The notes: a model not told the origin generated them from the letters alone. 64,000 nucleotides of DNA from Candidatus Methanomethylophilaceae archaeon (GCA_050950505.1 JBMNHS010000001.1:1108824-1172823); one strand, 5' to 3'; positions 50,340 through 60,018 are shown, counted from the stretch's first letter. Made by a program: numbers and translations.

Positions 50340-50487
50340 ATTGCAGTGTTATCGTATGCCGTTAATAAAAACTTGATTGATGATAGGACCGAACGGGACG
50401 GTGTGAAAGGAGGAAAAGACACCCGGGAGCCGCCGATATGTGGCAGCGGTGTCGTATCCGCCCCGTTCAACCCCTTAAAATGTTTGT

Positions 50488-50517
50488 TCCGTCCGGACGG
50501 ACGACCATCCGGACGGA
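50488..50517 (-). terminator. Hairpin after mttC
   Basis: TCCGTCCGGA...TCCGGACGGA, a 10-bp stem just downstream of the mttC stop. Confidence 0.6.
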
Positions 50518-50543
50518 GAGGTGATGTTTTGAGTTCAACGGGC

Positions 50544-51209
50544 TTACGCCTTGTCGCTGAATGCGGCAACAAACTTGTTGGATGCGTCGGTGGCGTTCTC
50601 GGAGTAGATGTCCGCTCCGATATCATCAGCCCACTTCTGGGTGATGGGTGCGCCTCCCACGTTGGTCAGACATTTGCCTTTGAGGCCTTCCTTGACCATA
50701 AGTTCCTCGAAAGTCTTCTGACCGACCATGGTGGAGGTCATAAGGGCGGAGGTTCCGACGGCTATTGCGTTGTGTTTCTTGACGGCTTCGATGATATCCA
50801 TCAAGGGAACGTCCCTTCCGATGTTCTGGACGTTGAATCCCGCAACCTTCAGCATGATGGCCACGATGTCCTTTCCGATGGAATGGATGTCGCCTTCGAT
50901 GGAGCATATTACCACGTTACCGTACCTTTCGCTGGCACCGCCGCCGCGCTTTTCGAGTTCGGGAGCGATGATGTCCATTCCCGCCGTGAGGGCGTTGGCC
51001 GCGGCCATGATGTGGGGCAGGAAGACTTTCTTCTGTTCGAAGAGGTCTCCGACTTCGGAGATTCCTGCGTTGAATCCGTTTTCAATCAATTTGACCAGAT
51101 CGACTTCCGCGTCGGCGATTGCTTCGTTGGCAACGGTTTTGGCGTCGTCGATTTTGTATCCGGTCACGGCCGCTTTGGCCCTGTTTATAAGTTCTTCAAT
51201 GTTTGCCAT
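50544..51209 (-). CDS. mttC: Trimethylamine corrinoid protein
   Basis: B12-binding EGDIHSIGK, GRDVP, SALMTST, VGGAP. Directly downstream of mttB. Confidence 0.88.
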   Translation of the reverse strand: MANIEELINRAKAAVTGYKIDDAKTVANEAIADAEVDLVKLIENGFNAGISEVGDLFEQKKVFLPHIMAAANALTAGMDIIAPELEKRGGGASERYGNVVICSIEGDIHSIGKDIVAIMLKVAGFNVQNIGRDVPLMDIIEAVKKHNAIAVGTSALMTSTMVGQKTFEELMVKEGLKGKCLTNVGGAPITQKWADDIGADIYSENATDASNKFVAAFSDKA

Positions 51210-51213
51210 GTTA

Positions 51214-52707
51214 TCACTGGTTGTTTTGCTTGAATGCCTCATCGGCCTTCCTGACGACTTCTTCCATCGCCTTCAGTTTGTCTTCTTCAATGGGTTTCAC
51301 TACGTGGTTGGCCATGACGTCCTCGACGATTTCGTGAGCGACTTCGATGGCGTTCTTGGAACCGTTGTCAATCCACTCGTTGAGCATCATGCGGTTGAGA
51401 ATTGTGGGGTTGGATGCACTTTCGAAGTGTTCCATGGTGGTGGGGTGTCCGAGGAAATCCCTTCCGACTCCCACTTCTTTGATTGAATCGACAGCAAGGG
51501 TCTCGTCGGTGACGGGAAGTCCCTGGAGAACCTTCATGTTCATTTTGATGATTTCATTGTCCATTACCAACTGTTCCATGGAGAACGTCTGTCCGAGCTC
51601 AAGCATACCGGATCCGTAGATGGAGTTCGCACCGGCCATAGCGGGGAGAATGGATGTGATTGTCTTCTCATGCGCAGCCTGTGCGTCAGGTACTTTGGCA
51701 TCGGTCTACATACCGGCAACGAAGACGGGCAGACCGTAGTACTGACCGAGCTTTGCGACTGCCGCGCTGATTATGGCGAGTTCGGGGGATCCGACGGGAG
51801 CGGTACCATTTCTGAGGTCGAAAGTGGTGGTGGAGCTTCCGTAAAGGACAGGGGCTCCGGGGTTCGCAATCTGACTGAGCACGATACCCGAAAGAACTTC
51901 CGCGTTGTGAGTAACGAGGGTTCCGGTCAGGTGAATGGGGGATGAACCTCCGGCCATTGCCATGCTCAGAACGTTGACGGGGATGCCGTATCTTGCACCC
52001 TTGACGATAACCTGAACTGCGTTGTGGCTGAGTTCCAGGGGGCTTGTGGGGCAGACAAGCATGGACATGATCGGCCTGTTGCGGGCCATTTCTTCATCGC
52101 CGCCGTAGTAGGCTTTGAGCATTTCCCAATAGAAGTCCACATTTTCCGCAACGGGGTCGATGTGGTGGAAGTGCTTTGAAGTGTTCTTCAGCGAAACAAG
52201 CATTTCATGCACGTCGCCGGCACCGATGCCCGCCCAGTCCCTGGCAGAAACCGCCAGGGAGAAGTAGCTGATGTTTTCCGCCCAGTCAACGAGCTTTGCA
52301 CAGTTTGCAAGGTCGGCTTCGGTGGAGTCCCTGGTGTTGAATTTGCCGTCACCGAGGTAATCGCACATCTGAATGCCGGTACCGAAACAGGTAAAGTGAA
52401 CACGTCCCTTGTGCATCTGTTCAACGGTGTGTCTGTCTTCCCTTCCGTACAAGTAGAATTTCTTGGGAACGGTGGCAAGAGCCTGATTGATCACCTTGAC
52501 GGGAATCTTTACCATTTTTGTTTCATAGTTTACGTCACAGCCGGCTTCCTCGAAGATTTTAAGTCCTTCATCGTCGGAAACCTGAACGCCGTAAGTGGAC
52601 AGAACGTCCTTGGTTGCGTAATCGATCTCACGGAGATCGTCTTCAGTGAACAGGTCCAATTTGACTCCGTTCATCTTTACCCTTCCGGGGTATTCGTTGG
52701 TTCTCAT
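51214..52707 (-). CDS. mttB: Trimethylamine:corrinoid methyltransferase, pyrrolysine-containing (in-frame TAG at 51706-51708, codon 334)
   Basis: The two track ORFs join in frame: ...[27 protein letters not shown]...[12 protein letters not shown], 497 aa in total. CPTSPL and GSPE are MttB motifs. Confidence 0.95.
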
Positions 52708-52836
52708 ATCCTTCCTCCAATCAGCATCCATCATGGATGGAGCCTGTTTTCGAACGAGTTGTATCCCCCAGAGATGAATCGGTGACATTCAGCGGGAGAT
52801 ACGCGTCGGTCGCTGAGTCCGTTCAATTCAATGTAT

Positions 52837-52900
52837 ATATTTAAATTTGATGATGACTCATCATATTGATTGAACAAACATCTTAATAAATGACAACTCT
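52837..52900 (-). promoter_or_regulatory. mttB promoter: TATA box plus TGA-N4-TCA-type boxes at a 20-bp period
   Basis: TTAAATAT on the minus strand (52837-52844); boxes TGATGACTCA at 52851, TGAACAAACA at 52871 and TGACAACTCT at 52891. Confidence 0.6.
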
Positions 52901-52996
52901 TCAAGATAAACAATCAGAATAACAGACCCGGTGTCCCTCCGCCGAGACCGAACCAGGCCGCGACGGAACGGCGGGAAGGTCGGACAGTGATATTGC

Positions 52997-54022
52997 ATGA
53001 AACAAAAAAATATATTCCCGTTTGTAAGAATCATCGGACAGGAAGAGATGAAAAAGGCCTTGCTTTTGAACGTACTGGACCCGAAAATCGGCGGGGTTCT
53101 GATCCGCGGTGAAAAGGGTACTGCGAAATCAACCACCGTAAGATCCATGGTACACATTCTTCCCGAAGTCAAATCTTCCGAAGGATGTGTTTTCCACTGC
53201 GATCCTTCTTCTCCGAAGGACATGTGCGAAGAATGCGCCGAGAAACACAAAAGAGGAGAACTCAAAGAATCTTTCAGAAACATGGAAGTCGTCGAACTCC
53301 CCCTCAACGCCACCGAAGACCGGGTTTCCGGAAGCATGGACATCGAACATATACTCACAACGGGGAAAAGAGCTTTCGAAGGCGGCGTTCTCGCCCAGGC
53401 AAACGGGAACGTGCTTTATGTCGACGAAGTGAATCTTCTTGACGACCACATTGTCGATTTGTTGTTGGATTCCGCGGCAATGGGAAGAAATTACGTTGAA
53501 AGGGAAGGTATCTCTTTCTCACACCCGTCAAGATTCATTTTGATAGGCACCATGAACCCCGAAGAAGGAAACCTGAGACCTCAGCTGCTGGACAGATTCG
53601 GAATGTGCGTGGACATCAAAGGCGAAAGAGATCCGAAGATAAGACTGAAAGTGATCAAAAACAGACTTGAGTTCGACGAAGATCCGGAAGCCTACGTTGA
53701 AAAATACAAAAACGAAACGGAAGAGCTGAAACAGAAACTCACAAACGCCAGGGACATTCTCGAAGACGTGGTGATCAAGGACGAGATAATCAACGTAATC
53801 ACCATGGTGGCCATCAAATTCGACATGGAGGGGCACAGAGCCGACCTTGCCATGGTGAGAGCCGCCAAAGCGAACGCCGCTTTGGACGGCCGCACCGAAG
53901 TTACCAGGAACGACATTGTCGATACCGCGGCATTGGTACTGAAACACCGTATCAAGAGCGGTCCCTTCGAAGAGGCGTCGTTCAGGCAGGAGGATCTCCG
54001 CAGATGGATAGCGAGTTACTGA
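52997..54022 (+). CDS. chlI: Mg/Co-chelatase AAA+ subunit (ChlI/BchI-like)
   Basis: FPF..I.GQEEMK, GEKGTAKST, ELPLNATEDR, YVDEVNLL, GTMNPEEG.LRPQLLDRFG. Confidence 0.9.
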   Translation: MKQKNIFPFVRIIGQEEMKKALLLNVLDPKIGGVLIRGEKGTAKSTTVRSMVHILPEVKSSEGCVFHCDPSSPKDMCEECAEKHKRGELKESFRNMEVVELPLNATEDRVSGSMDIEHILTTGKRAFEGGVLAQANGNVLYVDEVNLLDDHIVDLLLDSAAMGRNYVEREGISFSHPSRFILIGTMNPEEGNLRPQLLDRFGMCVDIKGERDPKIRLKVIKNRLEFDEDPEAYVEKYKNETEELKQKLTNARDILEDVVIKDEIINVITMVAIKFDMEGHRADLAMVRAAKANAALDGRTEVTRNDIVDTAALVLKHRIKSGPFEEASFRQEDLRRWIASY

Positions 54023-55863
54023 GCCTTCCTCCCTGCGACAGAATCCACGGTCTCGACGATGCCAAAATCGCCATGGTCTGCATGGCGGTGGATGACAACA
54101 TAAAAAGTCTGCTGATAAAGGGTCCCGCCGGTGTCGGAAAAACCGCGGTGGTGCGGACTCTCGCAGGCCCGGTGATGGGAAGGACCGTTCTCAACCTTCC
54201 GATCAACACCACCGACGAACACCTTTTCGGTACCTTGGATATCGACGCGGCGGTCGCCGAAGGGAAAATAGGATTCAAAAAAGGATTGTTGGGCGAAGCC
54301 GACGACCGGGTACTGTATATAGATGACGTGAACAGATTCGACAGAAGACTTTTCCGCATTCTCATGGAATCCGTCGTCGAAGGTCAGGTCATAGTCGAAA
54401 GGGACGGCATGTCCGCCGAATACGGATGCAAAACCGTCGTCATAGCCACATCCAACACGAACGAACCCCCTCTCAGCAAAAATCTTTCCGACCGTTTCGA
54501 TTTATCCGTGACCATAAGAGGTTCCGGTGACAGCGAATTCAGAAACGAAGTCATCAAAAGCAACATTTTTTCAGATAATTCAGAAGATTCGGACGACGGC
54601 AGACTTAAAAGTAAAATAAACGAGGCCAGAGACCTTCTGCCTTCGGTTTCGATTTCGGACGAACTTATGGAGTCCGTGGTTTTAATCTGTTCGGAATGGG
54701 GCGTCAAAAGTTACCGCGGGGAACTGTCCACGATAAGAGTCTCCAAAGTCCTGGCCGCCCTCGGAGGCAGAACCTCGGTAACAAAGGAAGACGTCACCGG
54801 TGCCGCATTGCTGTGTTTGGATCACCGCAGAGAAAGAGTTTACATACCTACCCGCAGCGAAAAAGCGATAGTGAATTTCCACTCCGAATCCCATATGCAG
54901 AGGTTCATACACGACGACAGAATCGTGCCTGAGGATGTTGCTGTTTCCAAAAGCGTTTCCGCCGCTGCGGATGTTTCCGTCGCTTCGGAAGGCGATGCCG
55001 AGATCGAAGAAGATATTGACGACGTTTACACAGACATCGGCGATATGTTCAAATCCATAGATTTCAAAGAAGCCGCCAAAAAGGAACTCGATATCGGAAT
55101 TAAGAAGAAATTCGTCAGGGAAAACGGCAGAGAAGGAAAATTCGTTTCCACCGAACCTCTGAAAACATCCTCCGACGACATCGCGTTTTACGCTACCGTG
55201 AGAGAGGCAGCCCCTTTCCAGGAAACAAGACACAGAGATAACGGAAGCGGAATGAAATTCGTCATCGAAAAGGATGATTTGATGAGGAAAGTCTACGAAA
55301 GAAAAGTTTCCTCCATGTTCCTGTTCATGATTGACAACAGCGGTTCCCTGATAATCAGAGGCAGAATGAGGGCCGTCAAAGCCGCCATCCTCTCCATGTT
55401 GGCAGATCATTACAACAGAAAAGACACCATTGCGGTCATGACCTTCAACGAGGAAAGCGTCGGATTGATTATGCCCCCCACCCGTTCCGTCGGAGGCATG
55501 AAGAAAACCCTTGACGATTTGACCGTGGGAAGAAAAACTCCGTTGAGCGAGGGATTGACCTTCGCCGGAACGTTCATGTCGCAGTATGCAAGGAAACATC
55601 CCTCGGAAGAATGTTATGTCATACTGATGACCGATGCCAAAGCGAATCTCGCCATGTCCGAGGGCGAAGATCCCTTCGAAGAAGCCATGGCCGTCGCCGA
55701 AAAGATAGATATTCCGAACACAAAATGGATTCTGGTCGATACATCCGCCACTCCCGATGAAAAAGAAAGAGCGAAAAAACTCTCTTTGACGCTGGGTTCA
55801 CTGTATTACCGATTGGATGATTTGCACACCTCGGAGGATTTTATCGCCGGGCCATCGGAATGA
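54004..55863 (+). CDS. chlD: Chelatase subunit ChlD/BchD-like (AAA + vWA)
   Basis: GPAGVGKT, LYIDDVN, an acidic linker, and a vWA domain with DNSGS, TPL, TDAKAN. Confidence 0.85.
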   Translation: MDSELLSLPPCDRIHGLDDAKIAMVCMAVDDNIKSLLIKGPAGVGKTAVVRTLAGPVMGRTVLNLPINTTDEHLFGTLDIDAAVAEGKIGFKKGLLGEADDRVLYIDDVNRFDRRLFRILMESVVEGQVIVERDGMSAEYGCKTVVIATSNTNEPPLSKNLSDRFDLSVTIRGSGDSEFRNEVIKSNIFSDNSEDSDDGRLKSKINEARDLLPSVSISDELMESVVLICSEWGVKSYRGELSTIRVSKVLAALGGRTSVTKEDVTGAALLCLDHRRERVYIPTRSEKAIVNFHSESHMQRFIHDDRIVPEDVAVSKSVSAAADVSVASEGDAEIEEDIDDVYTDIGDMFKSIDFKEAAKKELDIGIKKKFVRENGREGKFVSTEPLKTSSDDIAFYATVREAAPFQETRHRDNGSGMKFVIEKDDLMRKVYERKVSSMFLFMIDNSGSLIIRGRMRAVKAAILSMLADHYNRKDTIAVMTFNEESVGLIMPPTRSVGGMKKTLDDLTVGRKTPLSEGLTFAGTFMSQYARKHPSEECYVILMTDAKANLAMSEGEDPFEEAMAVAEKIDIPNTKWILVDTSATPDEKERAKKLSLTLGSLYYRLDDLHTSEDFIAGPSE

Positions 55864-55940
55864 TGGCCACACCGTCTGAAAAAACCGTCAAAGATATTTT
55901 TATAAATACTTTTCCATAAAAATACACTTTACATATTCAA

Positions 55941-55984
55941 TGATTAATCATTCTATTGGATGATTGGTCAATATAATTAAATAT
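55941..55984 (+). promoter_or_regulatory. Transporter promoter: two TGA-N4-TCA boxes 20 bp apart plus a TATA box
   Basis: TGATTAATCA at 55941, TGATTGGTCA at 55961, TTAAATAT at 55977. Confidence 0.6.
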
Positions 55985-56039
55985 CTGAGAAATCAGTTTC
56001 AACGAGCATAAGAAATTGTGCACGTAAGGAGGAGTAAAT

Positions 56040-57272
56040 ATCTCTGACGTAACAAACGTTGAAACGAAAAACAAACTCTCCGGAAAATTGATGTTTGCGA
56101 TAATCTTCATTGTCGGGGCGGCATTCGCAGTGATGTTGCTCTCATCTCACGTGTCCCCCGCATACGGACTCGTCGGGGAAGATACCGTGCAATCGTCACA
56201 GTTCGGAAAACATCTGGATATCTGGTTCATGACTTTCATGATCGCGATTCTGATGATGTTCATCAAAAAATTTGAATGGGGCATTGCCGTCGCGGTTCTG
56301 CTTTCCGCCGCCGCAACCTACGTGACATACTTCGGTATTTTGCATTTCCTCGAACCCGAGTTCGCCTGGACTCAGGTGGATCTCATAAGGGGGGCGGTTG
56401 CATCCATTACCGTGGTCATCGCCATAGGATGCTTTGTGGGTACCGTGAAAAACTGGCAATACATTCTCGTGGGCGTACTGTTCGCTCCCGTGTATTACGT
56501 GGTTGAATGGCTTTGCGGCTACTTCGGCGACATACTGTTCCTCAACACCGGATCCGTCATGGATCCCGGCGGAGCGATTCTCGTTCACATGTGCGCCGCG
56601 TACTTCGGTCTCGGAGTCATCATGGCCATCCGGGACAAGAGAGTCTTTGACGAACCCATGTATTCCACGAAACACAGCTTTACCTTCGCCTGGCTGGCAA
56701 GCATGATGCTGTTCATGCTCTGGCCGTCTTTCGTCACCGCGTTGCTCGATCCCGCCGATATGGCAAGCTCCGTCGCCGTGTGTTACATGGCGGGTATGGG
56801 TTCGATTCTGAGCGCTTACGTGACGGGTACGTTAATCGAGGGAAAGGTTAACCCCGGAATCTACGCCTTTGCGTTGTTGGCGGGTCCGGTGTCCATGAGC
56901 GCCATAATGCTTGAGATAAGTCCGTTCTTCGCCTTCCTCTGGGGTGCGATTGGCGGTGTCATCGTTACATTGAGCTTCCTGTACCTCCAACCTTGGTTGT
57001 GCGAGAAACTCGGCGTCGTCGACATCATGGGGGTTCACAACCTTCACGGAGTCGCCGGATGGTTCGGTGTGATAGCGTTGTTGTTCATCACCATGGACCT
57101 TAACGTTCTCTGGTACCCTCTGGCCATGATGGCGGTCACCATATCCACAGGATTCCTTGTCGGACTCGTTCTCAGGTACACCCGCGGTCCCATGGAACAC
57201 ATTATGGATGACAGGATTGAATTCATCTTCAACGAAGATCCGGACAATCCTGAAACCCCTCCGTTGATCTGA
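56040..57272 (+). CDS. Amt/Rh-family transporter, Rh50-like; start at ATC 56040 or TTG/ATG 56088/56091
   Basis: DIWFM...LMMFIKKF, DPGG..LVH..AAYFGL, LWPSF and GVHNLHG (Rh-type twin-His signature). Confidence 0.85.
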   Translation: MSDVTNVETKNKLSGKLMFAIIFIVGAAFAVMLLSSHVSPAYGLVGEDTVQSSQFGKHLDIWFMTFMIAILMMFIKKFEWGIAVAVLLSAAATYVTYFGILHFLEPEFAWTQVDLIRGAVASITVVIAIGCFVGTVKNWQYILVGVLFAPVYYVVEWLCGYFGDILFLNTGSVMDPGGAILVHMCAAYFGLGVIMAIRDKRVFDEPMYSTKHSFTFAWLASMMLFMLWPSFVTALLDPADMASSVAVCYMAGMGSILSAYVTGTLIEGKVNPGIYAFALLAGPVSMSAIMLEISPFFAFLWGAIGGVIVTLSFLYLQPWLCEKLGVVDIMGVHNLHGVAGWFGVIALLFITMDLNVLWYPLAMMAVTISTGFLVGLVLRYTRGPMEHIMDDRIEFIFNEDPDNPETPPLI

Positions 57273-57292
57273 ACGGAAAAATCAAACCTTTC

Positions 57293-57320
57293 AATCCGGA
57301 CGTCCGCGTCCGGATTTTCT
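57293..57320 (+). terminator. Intrinsic-type terminator after the transporter
   Basis: AATCCGGACG-TCCG-CGTCCGGATT followed by a T-rich tract. Confidence 0.7.
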
Positions 57321-57562
57321 TATTTTCAATTGTTTTCATTTCGTAAGAAAATTGTTGTTGCGCAGGAATTTTCCTAACATACCGACAAACTGACAAATGA
57401 TTCCCAAAGACCCATAAAGAATTCATGTGCCGGCAGGGGTCGGATTATTAACCGATTCAGACCAAATCTTCAGATTTTATACCCTCGGAAGGAATTACTT
57501 TTTAAATAAGTCCAACATAACCGCAAAAGCATCTGTGGCTCGACCATCAGGGAGGCAGTACC

Positions 57563-58288
57563 ATGATAAAGAACGAATGTCTGTCTTTCAACGGTTTCAA
57601 CAACCTGGCGAAGTCTCTCGACCTCAACCTGTACACTGTTAAGCGTACGGTCAACGATAAGGAGAGGGGGGATTTCATAACTTATATCGACGAGCGCTTT
57701 AACTCATCCAGCCTGAGAGAGCTGATGGAGGAAATATGTCGGGACATCGACGCTACCATATTGGGCGTCTCCACCTACGATTACGATCCTCACGGAGCAT
57801 CGGCTTTGATCTTGCTTGCGGAAGAAGAAATAAACCTTCATCAAAAGACCGCCGCACATCTGGACAAGAGTCACATATCGTTACATACGTATCCCGAACA
57901 CCATCATTCCATAGGAATATCCACTTTCAGACTGGACATAACCATGTCCACCTGCGGAAACATTTCCCCGTTGAAAGTGATGGACAAGATATTCGGATTC
58001 TTTGAACCTCACATCGCGATTATGGATTACAGGGTAAGAGGGTACACCAGGGATATACACGGTAAAAAAGTCTTCGTGGACACGAAGGTCGATTCCCTCC
58101 AGGAATGTTTCAGCAAAGACGTTCTGGACAACTACACGGCCGAAGATTTCAACCGCCCCGAACTGAGATCGTACACCACGAGACTGATTCACAAAGATAT
58201 GATGTCTTACAAAGAAGAAGAGAATCTTTGGAACGAAATCGAAGAGATTTATCTCGAACAGCCATTCGGAGGTGCGGGGATTGTCTGA
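57563..58288 (+). CDS. speD: S-adenosylmethionine decarboxylase proenzyme (E. coli/long prokaryotic type)
   Basis: GFNNLAKSL, YDPHGAS, HLDKSHISLHTYPE, STCG.ISPL, DYRVRG.TRD..G.K. Confidence 0.9.
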   Translation: MIKNECLSFNGFNNLAKSLDLNLYTVKRTVNDKERGDFITYIDERFNSSSLRELMEEICRDIDATILGVSTYDYDPHGASALILLAEEEINLHQKTAAHLDKSHISLHTYPEHHHSIGISTFRLDITMSTCGNISPLKVMDKIFGFFEPHIAIMDYRVRGYTRDIHGKKVFVDTKVDSLQECFSKDVLDNYTAEDFNRPELRSYTTRLIHKDMMSYKEEENLWNEIEEIYLEQPFGGAGIV

Positions 58289-59120
58289 TTGGCATCTCGA
58301 AAAACAATCAGAGGATGTGGATCTCAGAATCAGAAAGGAAAAAATCATCTATTCCGGGAAAAGTGAATTTCAGAACATCGAAGTGTTCGAATCGAAGACT
58401 TTCGGCAGAGTCATGGTGATTGACGGTTATCTCATGCTCACCGAAAAGGACGAGTTCATCTACCACGAAATGATGGTTCACGTTCCAATGTCCATGATTG
58501 CCGATCCGAAGAACGTTCTGGTAATCGGCGGAGGGGACGGAGGTACCGTCAGAGAACTTGCAAGGCACGCCTGTATAGAAAAAATCGATTTCGTCGAGAT
58601 TGACGGGGATGTCATCGAAACTTCGAAAAAATATTTCCCGTCCGTGTCCTGTTCAATCGACGATCCGAGAGTTGACACCCTCATTGAAAACGGAATAGAA
58701 TTCGTTGCGGAAACCAATGAAAAATATGATTTGATAATCGTTGATTCCACCGACCCTCACGTCGGACCCGGGGAAGGGTTGTTTACTTCCGAGTTCTACG
58801 GAAACTGTCATAAAATTCTGAACGACGGCGGTATTTTGGTCAATCAGCATGAAAGTCCGTATTACGAAAAGGATGCCAAAGTCGCCGAAAGAATGCATAA
58901 AACCATGAGGGAGATATTCTCGATATGCACTGTGTATCAGGCCTTTATACCAACGTATCCTTCCGGACACTGGCTCTTTGGGTTTGCGTCCAAAACGGTG
59001 AACCCCGAATCCCCTGCGGTCAAGGGAAGAATGGACGGAATCGAAACAAAATATTTCAACGAAGAAGTCCGCAAAGCATCCTTTGCGTTACCGAATTACG
59101 TGAAGAAGCTTCTGGAATGA
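58281..59120 (+). CDS. speE: Spermidine synthase (polyamine aminopropyltransferase)
   Basis: SEFQ, DEFIYHEM.VH, LVIGGGDGG, IIVDSTDP, PTYPSG.W. TTG 58281 follows GGAGGTG. Confidence 0.92.
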   Translation: MSDWHLEKQSEDVDLRIRKEKIIYSGKSEFQNIEVFESKTFGRVMVIDGYLMLTEKDEFIYHEMMVHVPMSMIADPKNVLVIGGGDGGTVRELARHACIEKIDFVEIDGDVIETSKKYFPSVSCSIDDPRVDTLIENGIEFVAETNEKYDLIIVDSTDPHVGPGEGLFTSEFYGNCHKILNDGGILVNQHESPYYEKDAKVAERMHKTMREIFSICTVYQAFIPTYPSGHWLFGFASKTVNPESPAVKGRMDGIETKYFNEEVRKASFALPNYVKKLLE

Positions 59121-59143
59121 ACATCGGCTGAAAAAATTTAAAA

Positions 59144-59179
59144 GATTCGGTGTCCGTAAAATCCTAAGGGCACCGAATC
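59144..59179. terminator. Hairpin between convergent speE and DUF5320 genes
   Basis: GATTCGGTGTCC...GGGCACCGAATC. Confidence 0.6.
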
Positions 59180-59207
59180 CTGTATTGTCCCTCCGCGGAC
59201 CCCGCCG

Positions 59208-59534
59208 TCACTCTTCCGTTTCTTCGGATTCTTTCAGTTCCCTGATGCGTTCCTCGATGCTTTCGAGATCCGCTTTCAGTTGTTCTGCGAATTCTTCCAG
59301 GTGACGTTGTTCGTTTTCAGGTTCCGGAACGTAGGTTTGCATCGGCGCATGACCCATTTGACAAGAACGGTGTCTGCCCATGCACCGGCCCGTTCCGCGC
59401 CTCATTCCCTTTCCTGCACGTCCCTGTCCCATTCCGCGTCCTCTGCTGAATTCGGTCGCGGTAGCGCAGCGTCCCATTTTTCTTCCTGTTTCCGGCCCTC
59501 TTCCTCCGGGGCCGATTCCATCATACCTTGGCAT
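59208..59534 (-). CDS. DUF5320-like Gly/Arg-rich protein
   Basis: MPRYDG.GP.G.GP.TGR.MG.C, a GR-rich middle and a coiled-coil end. Confidence 0.8.
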   Translation of the reverse strand: MPRYDGIGPGGRGPETGRKMGRCATATEFSRGRGMGQGRAGKGMRRGTGRCMGRHRSCQMGHAPMQTYVPEPENEQRHLEEFAEQLKADLESIEERIRELKESEETEE

Positions 59535-59547
59535 TTTTATCACTCCT

Positions 59548-59883
59548 TTATTCCTTTGACGACTTCCGATTGCCGGTGTTGTATTCTCCGGATTCGATTC
59601 TTATGGCCTGCCCGTTCACAAGTGCCGTAGCCACTTTCACGCGGGCGGAACGCAGATCGCCCCAGAATGTTCTTCTGGATATTCCCATGCGGACCGAAGC
59701 CTCTTCCTGACAAAGACCTTCCAAATCCACCAGTCTTATGGCCTCCAGTTCGGCGTAAGTCAATACCACGGAATCCGCGGGACTTGCCGCCTCGCCCGGA
59801 GGTCCGAAATATGTGGCGGAAGGAATGTTCTCCACACATCTTGGTCCTCTGCGTCTTCCTCTGCCTCGTCCGGGTGTCATCAT
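59548..59883 (-). CDS. DUF134 family DNA-binding protein
   Basis: ELEAIRLVDLEGL.QEEA..MGISR.TFW..L.SAR.KVA.AL..G. Confidence 0.88.
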   Translation of the reverse strand: MMTPGRGRGRRRGPRCVENIPSATYFGPPGEAASPADSVVLTYAELEAIRLVDLEGLCQEEASVRMGISRRTFWGDLRSARVKVATALVNGQAIRIESGEYNTGNRKSSKE

Positions 59884-60018
59884 ATTGCACAATTGAGCAG
59901 TAATTATATAAATATATTGCACAACTGAGCAACATATTGTAAAAATGCAGAATTTGATTTATTCAAGTAAGCAACCTGAAAAATATCGACTGAGACGCGA
60001 AGGATCGATCGTAAAACC

